The translations under genes and the position numbers were made by a program. Below are positions 9,961 through 19,985 of a stretch of 64,000 bases of DNA, in pieces. Position 1 is the first letter of the stretch. Every line of letters begins with the position of its first letter. Source of the DNA: Rikenellaceae bacterium (lineage in GTDB: Bacteria > Bacteroidota > Bacteroidia > Bacteroidales > Rikenellaceae); the NCBI GenBank assembly GCA_015059735.1, contig SUZX01000004.1, forward strand, positions 34,844-98,843. Reading direction: 5' to 3'. The notes below the pieces were generated by a model. The model made no database searches. It saw only the letters and a list, made by a program, of their open reading frames with translations, and was not told where the DNA came from.

Positions 9961-11274
9961 TTAATGTTTTTCACTTTCTTCGATAGCATTTTCATATACC
10001 GTCTTAATTTTGGCGGCAGCATCGTTCCATTTGAGGTTAGTCACCTCCTCCAAGCCTTTTGAAGCGAACATATTGGACAATGCAGGATATTTGATCAGCG
10101 CATAGATCGAATCAGCTAACGCATCGACATCCCAATAATCAACCTTAATGGCATAGTCGAGGACTTCGGCCACACCGCTCTGTTTCGAGATGATTACCGG
10201 CACATTCGAGCGCATGGCTTCAAGCGGCGAGATACCGAACGGCTCAGAAACCGACGGCATGACATAGACATCCGATAATTGGAACATCTTATGTACGTCG
10301 TCACCACGAAGGAATCCCGTGAAATGGAATCGATCGGCAATGCCGAGTCGTGCCACACGGCGAATGACATGGTTCATCATATCGCCCGATCCGGCCATCA
10401 CAAAACGCACGTTAGGAACTCGTTTGAGCACCTTGGCCGCAGCCTCCACAAAGTAGTCAGGACCTTTTTGATAAGTAATACGACCCAAGAATGTTACGAT
10501 TTTATCTTCTACCCCACGCTCGGGAACAGCAGTATCCTTTTCGGCAAACCGCACGGCATTATGCACTGTTACAACTCGCTCGGCCGGCACGCCATAACGA
10601 TTGATTACAATGTTTCGCGTCAGATTCGACACAGCGATCACCCGATCGGCTGCGTGCATACCGGCACGCTCGATGGCGTGTACCTGTGTATTGACATTTT
10701 CACCACTGCGGTCGTATTCCGTAGCGTGCATATGCACCACCAAGGGCTTGCCCGACACCCGTTTGGCGGCAATACCGGCATAGTAGGTTAGCCAGTCATG
10801 GGCGTGAATCACATCGAACTGCCCCTCCAAATCTTTTGCCACCTGCGCGGCCACAATGGCATAGCGGGCAACCTCCTCCATGAGGTTGGCACCATATTTA
10901 CCCGAGAAGGTATAGCGTTGTTTCCAACAATCGGTCGTTGACCAAACTTTTTGGCCGGTCTTGACATATTTTTCGTGGTAGGAAACATACTCTTCGGGCG
11001 AGATATAGGGCACCATATTGGAGTCGATATGAATAAACGACATCTTCTCCAAAATGTCATCTGCGCCGCTCTCGGTTGCTCCATAAATAGCCTCGACCTC
11101 ACTGGCATTCAACACATGAGTGAATCGCTGATCTTCGTCGCCATAGGCATGCGGAACGACAAACGTTACCTCCACGCCATTGCGTGCCAGTCCGCGTGTC
11201 ATGCCATAGCAGGCTGTTCCCAATCCACCAGCAATATGGGGAGGAAACTCCCAACCGAACATTAAAACTCTCAT
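9961..11274 (-). CDS. Glycosyltransferase family 4 (glycogen-synthase-like GT-B)
   Basis: The N-terminus reads MRVLMFGWEFPPHIAGGLGTACYG. The C-terminal motif reads SVSEPFGISPLEAMRSNVPVI. Confidence 0.8.
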   Translation of the reverse strand: MRVLMFGWEFPPHIAGGLGTACYGMTRGLARNGVEVTFVVPHAYGDEDQRFTHVLNASEVEAIYGATESGADDILEKMSFIHIDSNMVPYISPEEYVSYHEKYVKTGQKVWSTTDCWKQRYTFSGKYGANLMEEVARYAIVAAQVAKDLEGQFDVIHAHDWLTYYAGIAAKRVSGKPLVVHMHATEYDRSGENVNTQVHAIERAGMHAADRVIAVSNLTRNIVINRYGVPAERVVTVHNAVRFAEKDTAVPERGVEDKIVTFLGRITYQKGPDYFVEAAAKVLKRVPNVRFVMAGSGDMMNHVIRRVARLGIADRFHFTGFLRGDDVHKMFQLSDVYVMPSVSEPFGISPLEAMRSNVPVIISKQSGVAEVLDYAIKVDYWDVDALADSIYALIKYPALSNMFASKGLEEVTNLKWNDAAAKIKTVYENAIEESEKH

Positions 11275-11294
11275 ATCTTAATTCTGTTATTATT

Positions 11295-13268
11295 TTATTT
11301 TGCAGTTGACGATTTTCGAGCCGACTTCTTGACAACCTTAACCGGCTGATTTTCGCGAATCATGGCACAAATATCGAGTATGGCGGCTACACTCCATGCC
11401 TGCGAAATGGCACCTCGCGAAGCAAACGGAGGATCGGCATCGAACATTTCGCTGATCGACCCGATACCATAAGTTTGAATCTCCTCGTTGAAAGCCTCCA
11501 AACTCTCTTCGGCTTGCGACACGAATTTCGCACCGTCTATATCAAAACAAGCTTTCACATAGAACGCCAACAGCCAAGTCCACACCGACCCGTTTTTGGC
11601 CGCCAAATCACGCTCTTCGGGAGACCCTTCAAGCGAACCTTTATAAAGCGGATTACGAGGCGAAAGAGTGCGCAACCCTTTGGGTGTAAGCAAGTGTTGG
11701 CGTACCGTGCGGATCACATCGACACATATGGTTTCTTCGATGGGTTTATAAGGCAAAGCACATGCGATGATCATGTTCGGGCGAATAAAGGCATTAACCC
11801 CCTCGACACCTATATAATCGGCCAAATAACCCTCCGACAAGACAAACAACTCGTTGAACGATTGACGTATTTTGGCTGGAAGATTTTTCCAACTTTTGAC
11901 AAAAGTAGCATCTCCATTTTTCTCAGCCAATTCTAGGGCATAACATACCGCATTATACCACAACGCATTGACCTCGACCTGATAGCCATTGCGCGGCGTA
12001 ACGGCTTCGCCATTGACCACAGCATTCATCCATGTAAGTGGTTTATCGGAGGCTGCCCAAATCAACCCATTGTCGTTCATGATCACACGGCCATCAATAC
12101 CCTGCTTATAAGATTTCAGGATCTCTTTCATTGCCTTGCCATAGCGAGCCCAAATCTCGGCTCCACCAATCTCCTTTTCGAGGCGTTGCAAGGTCCAAAA
12201 GAACCATAGCGGAGCATCGACCTGCACAGCAGCCGAGGCATTGCCCGTAAACATCCCATTCTGCATGGCACGCACCTGCGTATCAAGTGCCTCAATGCAA
12301 TCCTCTTTATGATTTTGTGTCAATGTGATTCCGGGCAAGGCAACAAACGACTGACGAGCCGACACACCGTGCCAAGGATATCCGGCGATCACCTCCGTAC
12401 GATTTTCGGGACGACGTATCAAGAATTGACGTGCCGAGTGCTCCATACAACTCACAAAGTCGATCTTATGCGTACGACGAGCGATCGAAGCCGCAAAAAC
12501 CTCCTCAATGGTTTTAGTCGAACCCATCTCATCGAGCGATGCCGAGAAGATGATGCTCTCGCCCTTCTTCAACTCGGTTTCGAAATAACCTGTGGTCATC
12601 AAATCCTCATGGCCTTCATAACCGCGAGCTAAATCCTGCTGATATTCGAAATTGTAGTACCAATCGGGAGCCGGCACAAATTCGGCATCGGGTTTACTTG
12701 TCTGCAAATAGAGCCATGGAAACGATCCATAAAGACGGCATTTCACGCCATTGATAGCGGGATACGAGTGGCCATCAGCCTCCATATTCGCATGGGTTAA
12801 CGCATGTTTATCGCGGAACGCCAAAAATGGACGCAAACGGAGCTTGGTCTCCGAATGGGCATCGATAAGCGTATAGCGAATCATCAGTTGAGTACGCTTG
12901 TGAATCCACAACAATTCCTTTTTAAGGATCACTCCACCCACGCGATAGGTGATCGTAGGAGTTGGAGTATATTCAAAGTCGGTGATGTACTTATGACCGC
13001 GAGGCTCATAAGCACCTTTGAAACGATGCAATGCCAAGTTGAACGTCTGATTATGTTGCACGATAGTTTCATCGAGCGATGAGAGCAACACGTAGGTTCG
13101 ATCTCCGGCGTCGATAGGTGCAATCATCAATCCGTGATAGCGGCGGGTGTTGCAACAGACGATCGTCGTACTCATATAACCACCAATACGGTCGGTTGCA
13201 AGCATTTCACGTTGCAGCGAGTACTCCAAATTACCCAGTTCGTTTTTGTCGAAAGTTAATAGTGACAT
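11295..13268 (-). CDS. Amylo-alpha-1,6-glucosidase / glycogen debranching enzyme family
   Basis: The 657-aa product has an N-terminal debranching-enzyme-like region and a C-terminal (alpha/alpha)6-type region. The call is supported by its context between the GT4 and phosphorylase genes. Confidence 0.75.
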   Translation of the reverse strand: MSLLTFDKNELGNLEYSLQREMLATDRIGGYMSTTIVCCNTRRYHGLMIAPIDAGDRTYVLLSSLDETIVQHNQTFNLALHRFKGAYEPRGHKYITDFEYTPTPTITYRVGGVILKKELLWIHKRTQLMIRYTLIDAHSETKLRLRPFLAFRDKHALTHANMEADGHSYPAINGVKCRLYGSFPWLYLQTSKPDAEFVPAPDWYYNFEYQQDLARGYEGHEDLMTTGYFETELKKGESIIFSASLDEMGSTKTIEEVFAASIARRTHKIDFVSCMEHSARQFLIRRPENRTEVIAGYPWHGVSARQSFVALPGITLTQNHKEDCIEALDTQVRAMQNGMFTGNASAAVQVDAPLWFFWTLQRLEKEIGGAEIWARYGKAMKEILKSYKQGIDGRVIMNDNGLIWAASDKPLTWMNAVVNGEAVTPRNGYQVEVNALWYNAVCYALELAEKNGDATFVKSWKNLPAKIRQSFNELFVLSEGYLADYIGVEGVNAFIRPNMIIACALPYKPIEETICVDVIRTVRQHLLTPKGLRTLSPRNPLYKGSLEGSPEERDLAAKNGSVWTWLLAFYVKACFDIDGAKFVSQAEESLEAFNEEIQTYGIGSISEMFDADPPFASRGAISQAWSVAAILDICAMIRENQPVKVVKKSARKSSTAK

Positions 13269-13382
13269 ATCTTAATAAAAGATGTTTCGTCCTATAAAAA
13301 TAGTAAAAATATTCGAGATTGTGATACTATTTTCTAAAAATAATATCATTCAATCTTTTTATTACATCAAAATTCTAAATTT

Positions 13383-16300
13383 CTAAGCCCATTTTACCAA
13401 CGCAAAGTCCATACGATGGGGCAACAACGGGTTGCTCGGGAAGATACGCAGTGCCACGTCGAACGTACCGGTTTTATCGGGCATATACTCCAACGCATAA
13501 GTCACCAACGACCCTTCGATCTTCACCCGTTCAAGTCCTTCGGTATGGGAAACATTGATTCCCTGACCGCCTACAATTTGACGAGCAACAACCATCTCGA
13601 CACCGAGATCCTCGGGGCGCAACTTTGCAATATCGAGTGTTACCTCGATATGATATTTTTCACCGACATAGACAGCCTCTTTATCGATCTTGATACGCTG
13701 CACATCAACAACACGCACCTGATCCCACGAAGCCGACACTTTGCGTTTCCACGCTGCAATTTCGCGAGCTTGGCGATATCCATCGGCCACAAGTTGATGT
13801 TTGCGAGCTGCAAGTTTGTTGTAGAAACGCTCCTCATAATCGATAAGCATTCGGTTGGTCGTAAAATTCGAAGCAATATCGGCCACGCAGTTCTTGATCG
13901 ATTTCACCCACTCATGGGGGATATCGTCTTGCGTACGACGGTAATACAAAGGTGCGATCTCCTCTTCGATAGTGTTGTAAATCATCTCGGCATCGAGTTC
14001 GTCTTGATAGTGCTGATCGGCAAACGTGCGCTCCATCGGAAGCATCCAACCAGCGCCCTCTTTATAACCCTCAACCCACCAACCATCGAGTACCGAGAAT
14101 TGCATCACACCATTCATCACACACTTCTCACCCGAAGTTCCCGACGCCTCCAACGGACGAGTCGGTGTATTGAGCCAAACATCAACACCCTGCACCATAC
14201 GACGAGCCAACTCCATATCGTAATTTTGCAAGAAAATGATCTTACCAACAAACTGCGGCATAGCCGAAACCTCGACAATACGTTTGATCAGATCCTGCCC
14301 GGGCTTATCGTTGGGGTGCGCTTTACCGGCAAAGATAAACTGCACGGGACGCTCTTTGTTATTTACAATGGCAGACAAACGATCTAAGTTGGTAAAGAGC
14401 AGGTAAGCACGCTTATAGGTTGCAAAACGGCGGGCAAAACCAATGGTCAGTACCTCAGGTTTGATCTGCTCGATCACCTGCAACATTTGGCGTGGCGAAT
14501 CGAGACGCACCTGCTTGGGATCGCTGTAACGCTTACGAATATGCTTAATCAAGCGAGTTTTGAGCATCATACGCTCGGCCCACAACTCTTCGTCGGGGAT
14601 ATTATGTACTTTCTGCCACGAAGGGATATCGTAAACATGTCCTTCAAAACCATCAGCAAAGTAGCGCGAATAGAGTCGGCGCAAACGCGTTGCCACCCAT
14701 GTCGGGAAATGCACACCGTTGGTCACATAGCCGACATGTAGTTCGTTTTTGAAGTAACCGGGCCACATGTTACCCAAAATATCTTTCGAGACCTCACCGT
14801 GAAGCCACGAAACACCGTTGACTTCTTGTGAAAGATTGCAGGCTAACACCGACATCGAGAATTTCTCGTTCGGATCGTGCGGTTTGGTCTTGCCAAGATT
14901 GACATATTGTTCCCATGTGATGTTCAACACGCTGGGATAATGAGACATATACTGACGAATCATCGACTCGGGGAAAGCATCGTGACCGGCTGGCACAGGA
15001 GTATGCGTCGTAAACAGCGACGAGGAGCGGACAACCTCCAAAGCCTCGGAGAAACTCAACTTCTTGTGGTTCACCAATTCGCGAATACGCTCGATACCAA
15101 TGAATGCCGCATGGCCTTCGTTGCAGTGGTAAACATCGTTCTTGATTCCCAACTGATGCAATGCGCGGATACCGCCAATACCCAACAGAATCTCTTGTTT
15201 AAGACGATTTTCCCAATCTCCACCATATAAATAATGGGTAATCTGACGATCCTCTTCAAGGTTGTCTTCGAAATCGGTATCCAACAAATAGAGGTCGGTA
15301 CGGCCTACTTGGCATTTCCAAACTCGCGCCGAAAGGGTACGACCCGGAAAAGCAATGGTTACCGTCAGCCAACTACCGTTAGACTCTCGAACGGGTGAGA
15401 TTGGGAGTTTATAGAAGTTTTGAGCCTCATACTCTGCTTCTTGTGCCCCCTGCGACGAAAGGCGTTGAGTAAAGTAACCGTAACGATAAAGCAGGCCGAC
15501 AGCAGTCATCGGAACATTCTTATCCGAAGCCTCTTTCAAGTAGTCGCCAGCCAAAATACCCAAACCGCCCGAATAAATCTTCAACGACGAATGCAAACCG
15601 TATTCCATCGAGAAATAGGAGATTGTCGTTGCCTGCGGATCGGGTTTCTCGTTCATATAATTACGGTACTGGGTATATACTGCATCGAGTTTGGCCAAGA
15701 ATTCATCGTTGCTTTCCAACGCTTTCAGTCGATCAATCGGCAACTTATCAAGAAACGCAATGGGATTGTGGTCAGCCTCTACCCACAACTGAGGATCGAT
15801 CTCTTCGAAAAGATCACGAGCTCCGGGATTCCAGCACCACCAAAGGTTACGCGACAACTCTTCCAACGCATGCAGTCGCTTGGGTAAGGTTTTATCAACC
15901 ATCATGCGACTCCAATTGGGGCGCTCGACAAAGAGTTGTTGACGCACGAAATTGATCTGCTCGTTATTGGCCCCACCATCATCTAGCACGGCACGGTTGG
16001 TACGTAGGATTGAGCTTTCAAGCGCCTCGGAATAGGCCTGCTCATAAGCTGGAAAGAGCCGTTCCCAAAGAGCCGTATTGGCAATTTCGAGAGCCGAGTT
16101 ACGCGCAGCGAAAAGATGTTCCTCATCAAGCTGGCTGAAACGCAATATAGCATTGGCAATTTTACCCTCAACCTCTTTATCGTTGTAGTCATCGCGGCGA
16201 ATCACCTCAACACCGGCGTGCTCATCCAACTTATCGACCCAAAGGCCGAAGCCTGCCAATGACGTAGTGATGGTAGGCACAGAAAAAGCTACCGATTCAA

Positions 16301-17633
16301 GCGGCGTATACCCCCAAGGCTCATAATACGACGGAAAAGCCGTAAGATCCATTCCCACAAGCAGTTCGTAGTAGTCTTTATTGAAGATACCGTCGTTGCG
16401 ATTGAGGTAGGTCGGCACAAAAATCACATGTACTTTCGACTCGGGAGAAGCAAGAATACTTCCGTTGATGGCATTGATAACGGGATCCCACTTCGGCGTT
16501 TCGAGATAATGTGTCGAGAACTTGTATTGGCCGGCATCGATCGGATTGTTCGCATCGGCCAAATGCGCTTGCAGATCAAGACGCGGTCCGCGATTAGCTG
16601 CCGGCACGGTAATATAGGCCACCACTTCGCGTTGCAGTTCGTCCGAAGCTGCGAGTTGTTTGAGAGCTTCAAGGAAAACATCGAGTCCTTTGTTGCGGAA
16701 CTCATAACGACCGCTAGTACCGATAATCAACGGATCAGATGAAAGTTTGCGCCCCAAACATGCCTCGGCAACATGGAGCATCAACTCGCGAGCCTCCCGA
16801 CGTTTGGTAGTCAACTCATCTCCCGCCCAAACAAAATCGTTTTCAAAACCATTGGGAGTCACGTTATCGGGCTCACGATTGAGCAAGTATTTACACTCAT
16901 TAGCCGTAATATCACTTACCACAAGAAAAGCATCGTGGTTGGCAGCCGCCACCTTCTCGATCGAGTGTTTGGCCATCACATTGAATTGGCGAGCCAAATC
17001 ATCGGCATTGAACTTCGCCAAATCGTTATAAAGCGGCAAACGATTACCAGCAATACAACGCCCCATGACAGTAGCATGCGTTGTAAAAAGTGTTGCCACA
17101 TAAGGAGAGCGTTTCCGCAAATAAAGACCTCCGGAAGCAGACATCCACTCGTGGAAATGAGCAGCAATTTTCTCAGTCGAAGTACAGAACGTATCGACAT
17201 ACGAGGCAATCACCTGACCGGCAGCATAGCCAAAAAGCACCGGCTCGATATAGTCCCATTGTCCCGAAAGCGAATCAACATGATAACTCTCCCAAAGTTT
17301 GGTTAGGATTTCATCCTTGTGTGGGATGAGCGAAGTAAAATCAATCAAAATGGCAATTGGGCTGCCCTGAATCTTCCAACGGCCGACACGAATACGCAAT
17401 CCCTCGCCATAGACACTCTGACGCCATGCTTTGAGCAGATTGACATCCTCTTCAAATTCGGGATTCACCCCTTCGTGTTGCATATCGGGGCCGATTACAA
17501 TATAGTGATCGCCGAATTTACGGACCGCAGTCTGTGCTTTGGTGGCAATAACAGTGTGAATACCGCCAATCTTGTTACATACCTCCCAACTTACCTCAAA
17601 AAGATAATCGGGAGTCAGTTTTGTGTTGTTCAT
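13383..17633 (-). CDS. Fusion protein: N-terminal eukaryote-type glycogen synthase (GT3), C-terminal alpha-glucan phosphorylase (GT35)
   Basis: This is a single 1416-codon ORF. The N-terminus (DYLFEVSWEVCNKIGGIHTVIATKA) resembles the GT3 glycogen synthase N-terminus. The C-terminal half has phosphorylase features, including LEASGTSGEKCVMNG (the PLP-lysine motif region) and WWCWNP. Confidence 0.85.
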   Translation of the reverse strand: MNNTKLTPDYLFEVSWEVCNKIGGIHTVIATKAQTAVRKFGDHYIVIGPDMQHEGVNPEFEEDVNLLKAWRQSVYGEGLRIRVGRWKIQGSPIAILIDFTSLIPHKDEILTKLWESYHVDSLSGQWDYIEPVLFGYAAGQVIASYVDTFCTSTEKIAAHFHEWMSASGGLYLRKRSPYVATLFTTHATVMGRCIAGNRLPLYNDLAKFNADDLARQFNVMAKHSIEKVAAANHDAFLVVSDITANECKYLLNREPDNVTPNGFENDFVWAGDELTTKRREARELMLHVAEACLGRKLSSDPLIIGTSGRYEFRNKGLDVFLEALKQLAASDELQREVVAYITVPAANRGPRLDLQAHLADANNPIDAGQYKFSTHYLETPKWDPVINAINGSILASPESKVHVIFVPTYLNRNDGIFNKDYYELLVGMDLTAFPSYYEPWGYTPLESVAFSVPTITTSLAGFGLWVDKLDEHAGVEVIRRDDYNDKEVEGKIANAILRFSQLDEEHLFAARNSALEIANTALWERLFPAYEQAYSEALESSILRTNRAVLDDGGANNEQINFVRQQLFVERPNWSRMMVDKTLPKRLHALEELSRNLWWCWNPGARDLFEEIDPQLWVEADHNPIAFLDKLPIDRLKALESNDEFLAKLDAVYTQYRNYMNEKPDPQATTISYFSMEYGLHSSLKIYSGGLGILAGDYLKEASDKNVPMTAVGLLYRYGYFTQRLSSQGAQEAEYEAQNFYKLPISPVRESNGSWLTVTIAFPGRTLSARVWKCQVGRTDLYLLDTDFEDNLEEDRQITHYLYGGDWENRLKQEILLGIGGIRALHQLGIKNDVYHCNEGHAAFIGIERIRELVNHKKLSFSEALEVVRSSSLFTTHTPVPAGHDAFPESMIRQYMSHYPSVLNITWEQYVNLGKTKPHDPNEKFSMSVLACNLSQEVNGVSWLHGEVSKDILGNMWPGYFKNELHVGYVTNGVHFPTWVATRLRRLYSRYFADGFEGHVYDIPSWQKVHNIPDEELWAERMMLKTRLIKHIRKRYSDPKQVRLDSPRQMLQVIEQIKPEVLTIGFARRFATYKRAYLLFTNLDRLSAIVNNKERPVQFIFAGKAHPNDKPGQDLIKRIVEVSAMPQFVGKIIFLQNYDMELARRMVQGVDVWLNTPTRPLEASGTSGEKCVMNGVMQFSVLDGWWVEGYKEGAGWMLPMERTFADQHYQDELDAEMIYNTIEEEIAPLYYRRTQDDIPHEWVKSIKNCVADIASNFTTNRMLIDYEERFYNKLAARKHQLVADGYRQAREIAAWKRKVSASWDQVRVVDVQRIKIDKEAVYVGEKYHIEVTLDIAKLRPEDLGVEMVVARQIVGGQGINVSHTEGLERVKIEGSLVTYALEYMPDKTGTFDVALRIFPSNPLLPHRMDFALVKWA

Positions 17634-17693
17634 ATATGTATTTTATTATTGATTTACATCGGTAATTATCAGAAATTATGTATTTTCACGTTA

Positions 17694-17701
17694 CAAAGGT
17701 A
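17694..17701 (-). promoter_or_regulatory. Candidate -7 box (TACCTTTG) for the glycogen cluster
   Basis: The plus strand reads CAAAGGTA about 60 nt upstream of the ATG at 17633. Confidence 0.4.
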
Positions 17702-17783
17702 ATGCTTATCTTTCATAAAACAACCTCGAATCAAAAATTAATAAAATAATTTAATAATAAGTTAACATTGCATCCCTTCGTGC

Positions 17784-18902
17784 TTACACTTCGAAAAGAT
17801 CGGCAATCACACGATCGGAAACCAAAAACCGTTCGGGAAGTATGTGGAGCCGCGATCCCCGACGTTGAAGCGCGCCATCGCGTCCGACAATTTCAACTTC
17901 GCCTAATAGGCGGTCGGCTCGCGTCTTTCCGAACAGTTGAGCCACCTCACACAAATCGATCCCCTCGATCGTACGCAACCGCGTCATAAGGTATTCGTTG
18001 AAACGATCCCGTTCGGAGAGTTGTTCGTACTCAGCCGACTCTCCCGCAAGATAACGAGCAACGGAAGCAATATTCCAATGTCGTTCGTTCCCATCGAACG
18101 AATGAGCAGCAGGGCCGATACCGAGATACTTCTCGCCATGCCAATAGGCGGTATTATGACGGGCACGAAATCCCGACAATGCGTAATTCGACACCTCGTA
18201 ATGTTCATATCCCGCAGCACAAAGCGTTTCGTGAACAAGCATAAACTCCTCTTCACTGACCGTTTCTTCAACCGGAGCAAAGGTTCCTCGGGCGACACGG
18301 CGTCCGAAAGTGGTTTCAGGTTCTATTGTCAAATGATATGCCGAGATATGTTGAACTCCGGCATCGAGCATACAATCTAACGAATGACGCAACGAATCAC
18401 CCCCGAAATTCGGCACTCCGAAAATCAAATCGGCAGTGATATTCTCAAAGCCGGCAAGATGCGCATTGCGAATCGCGGCAAGGGCTTGAGCGGCAGTGTG
18501 GCGACGATTCATCAAACGCAAACAATCGTCGTCAAACGATTGCACCCCGATCGAAAGCCGATCAAAACCCACCTCACGCAGAGCAACAAGGTATTCAAGG
18601 GAAAGATCATCGGGATTGGCTTCGAGTGTCGTCTCCTCTATGGCGGAGCAATCGAATAGTTCGGCAGCACGATCGAGCAAGACACGCAACGCAGTCGGAG
18701 AACAAAGCGACGGAGTTCCGCCTCCAAAATAACGAGTACGAATCGGCTCGCTAGCAAGATAATCGTGGCGTAACTCCAATTCTGCGGCCATAGCCGCAAG
18801 CAACTCATCCATGCGGCTTAAATCCGCACTTTTATAGAAGTCGCAATAGGCGCAAATACGCTTACAGAAAGGAATATGAAAATAGAGTCCTGCCATATTC
18901 AT
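17784..18902 (-). CDS. hemW: Radical SAM heme chaperone HemW (coproporphyrinogen III oxidase-like)
   Basis: The product contains LYFHIPFCKRICAYCDF (a CxxxCxxC radical SAM motif). The ORF track starts at 18950. I prefer the ATG at 18902 or 18896, just before the conserved N-terminus. Confidence 0.85.
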   Translation of the reverse strand: MNMAGLYFHIPFCKRICAYCDFYKSADLSRMDELLAAMAAELELRHDYLASEPIRTRYFGGGTPSLCSPTALRVLLDRAAELFDCSAIEETTLEANPDDLSLEYLVALREVGFDRLSIGVQSFDDDCLRLMNRRHTAAQALAAIRNAHLAGFENITADLIFGVPNFGGDSLRHSLDCMLDAGVQHISAYHLTIEPETTFGRRVARGTFAPVEETVSEEEFMLVHETLCAAGYEHYEVSNYALSGFRARHNTAYWHGEKYLGIGPAAHSFDGNERHWNIASVARYLAGESAEYEQLSERDRFNEYLMTRLRTIEGIDLCEVAQLFGKTRADRLLGEVEIVGRDGALQRRGSRLHILPERFLVSDRVIADLFEV

Positions 18903-19023
18903 CGGTAGCCGAGCATTCTCGCATGCAGACTGCACCCAGCCATATCGCAAATATGCAAAAAATTCCCGATATTATCAATCTTTCCCGAATAGTATCAACA
19001 CCTACATATATATTATTATATAG

Positions 19024-19054
19024 TTTCAAAAACGCCCGTTCACTGAGTACGGGC
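19024..19054 (-). terminator. Second terminator hairpin downstream of tpiA
   Basis: The stem gcccgt/acgggc is followed on the minus strand by GTTTTTGAAA. Confidence 0.5.
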
Positions 19055-19081
19055 AACAGATGCACGATAGACGCTACTTTC

Positions 19082-19120
19082 TACAAAGAAGCCCCCATCG
19101 GAAATAAATCCGATGGGGGC
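19082..19120 (-). terminator. Terminator hairpin downstream of tpiA
   Basis: A 10-bp stem (gcccccatcg/cgatgggggc) is followed on the minus strand by a T-rich run (TTCTTTGT). Confidence 0.6.
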
Positions 19121-19196
19121 AAACGCTCATTTTCAAGCCTTATCGGAGAACTTTTATCTCCACAAGATGTCGGATATTTGACACCGAAAGCTAGGG

Positions 19197-19955
19197 CTAT
19201 TTAGAAAAACCTTTGCCAATGGCGAGGAAATCTTCGGTTTTGAGTGCGGCACCACCGATCAAACCGCCATCGACATCCTCTTTGGCAAAAATCTCGGCGG
19301 CATTTGAGGGTTTGCACGAGCCGCCGTAGAGAATCGGGCACTCGGCAGCGGCAGCTCCGAACTTCTCAGCCAAAACCTGTCGGATGTAGGCGTGAATCTC
19401 TTGGGCTTGGTCTGCCGTCGCGGTTTTGCCGGTACCGATGGCCCAAACCGGCTCATAAGCGATTACCAAGTTCTTGAATTGCTCCTCTGTGAGGTTGAAA
19501 ACCACCTCTTCGATCTGCTGTTTGCAGACGGCAAAGTGGTTACCTGCGTCGCGCTCTTCAAGATTTTCACCCACGCAGTAGATCGGAGTGAGCCCGTTGG
19601 CGTATGCTTGTGCCATCTTTTTGTTCAGCGTTTCCGAGGTCTCGCCATAATATTGACGACGCTCCGAGTGGCCAAGAATCACATATTTGCAACCCAAAGC
19701 AGCAATCATCGAGGCGGCAACCTCTCCTGTATAAGCTCCTTTGGCCTCTGTGGCACAATCTTGTGCTCCCAGCTCCACAGTGGAGTCTTTCAAAGTTTGG
19801 GCAACCATAGCAATATGGGTAAACGGAGGGCACACGATAAAATTAACGCACTCGCAAACCTCATTACGGCCGGCCTCGATATTTTGGGCTAACTCAACGC
19901 CCTCTGCCGGCAATGTGTTCATTTTCCAGTTTCCGGCTACAATCTTCTTTCTCAT
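19197..19955 (-). CDS. tpiA: Triosephosphate isomerase
   Basis: The 252-aa product contains VAGNWKMN, GHSERR and AYEPVWAIGTG motifs. Confidence 0.97.
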   Translation of the reverse strand: MRKKIVAGNWKMNTLPAEGVELAQNIEAGRNEVCECVNFIVCPPFTHIAMVAQTLKDSTVELGAQDCATEAKGAYTGEVAASMIAALGCKYVILGHSERRQYYGETSETLNKKMAQAYANGLTPIYCVGENLEERDAGNHFAVCKQQIEEVVFNLTEEQFKNLVIAYEPVWAIGTGKTATADQAQEIHAYIRQVLAEKFGAAAAECPILYGGSCKPSNAAEIFAKEDVDGGLIGGAALKTEDFLAIGKGFSK

Positions 19956-19985
19956 ATAAATACTTTAACTAATTTTACTTAATCA

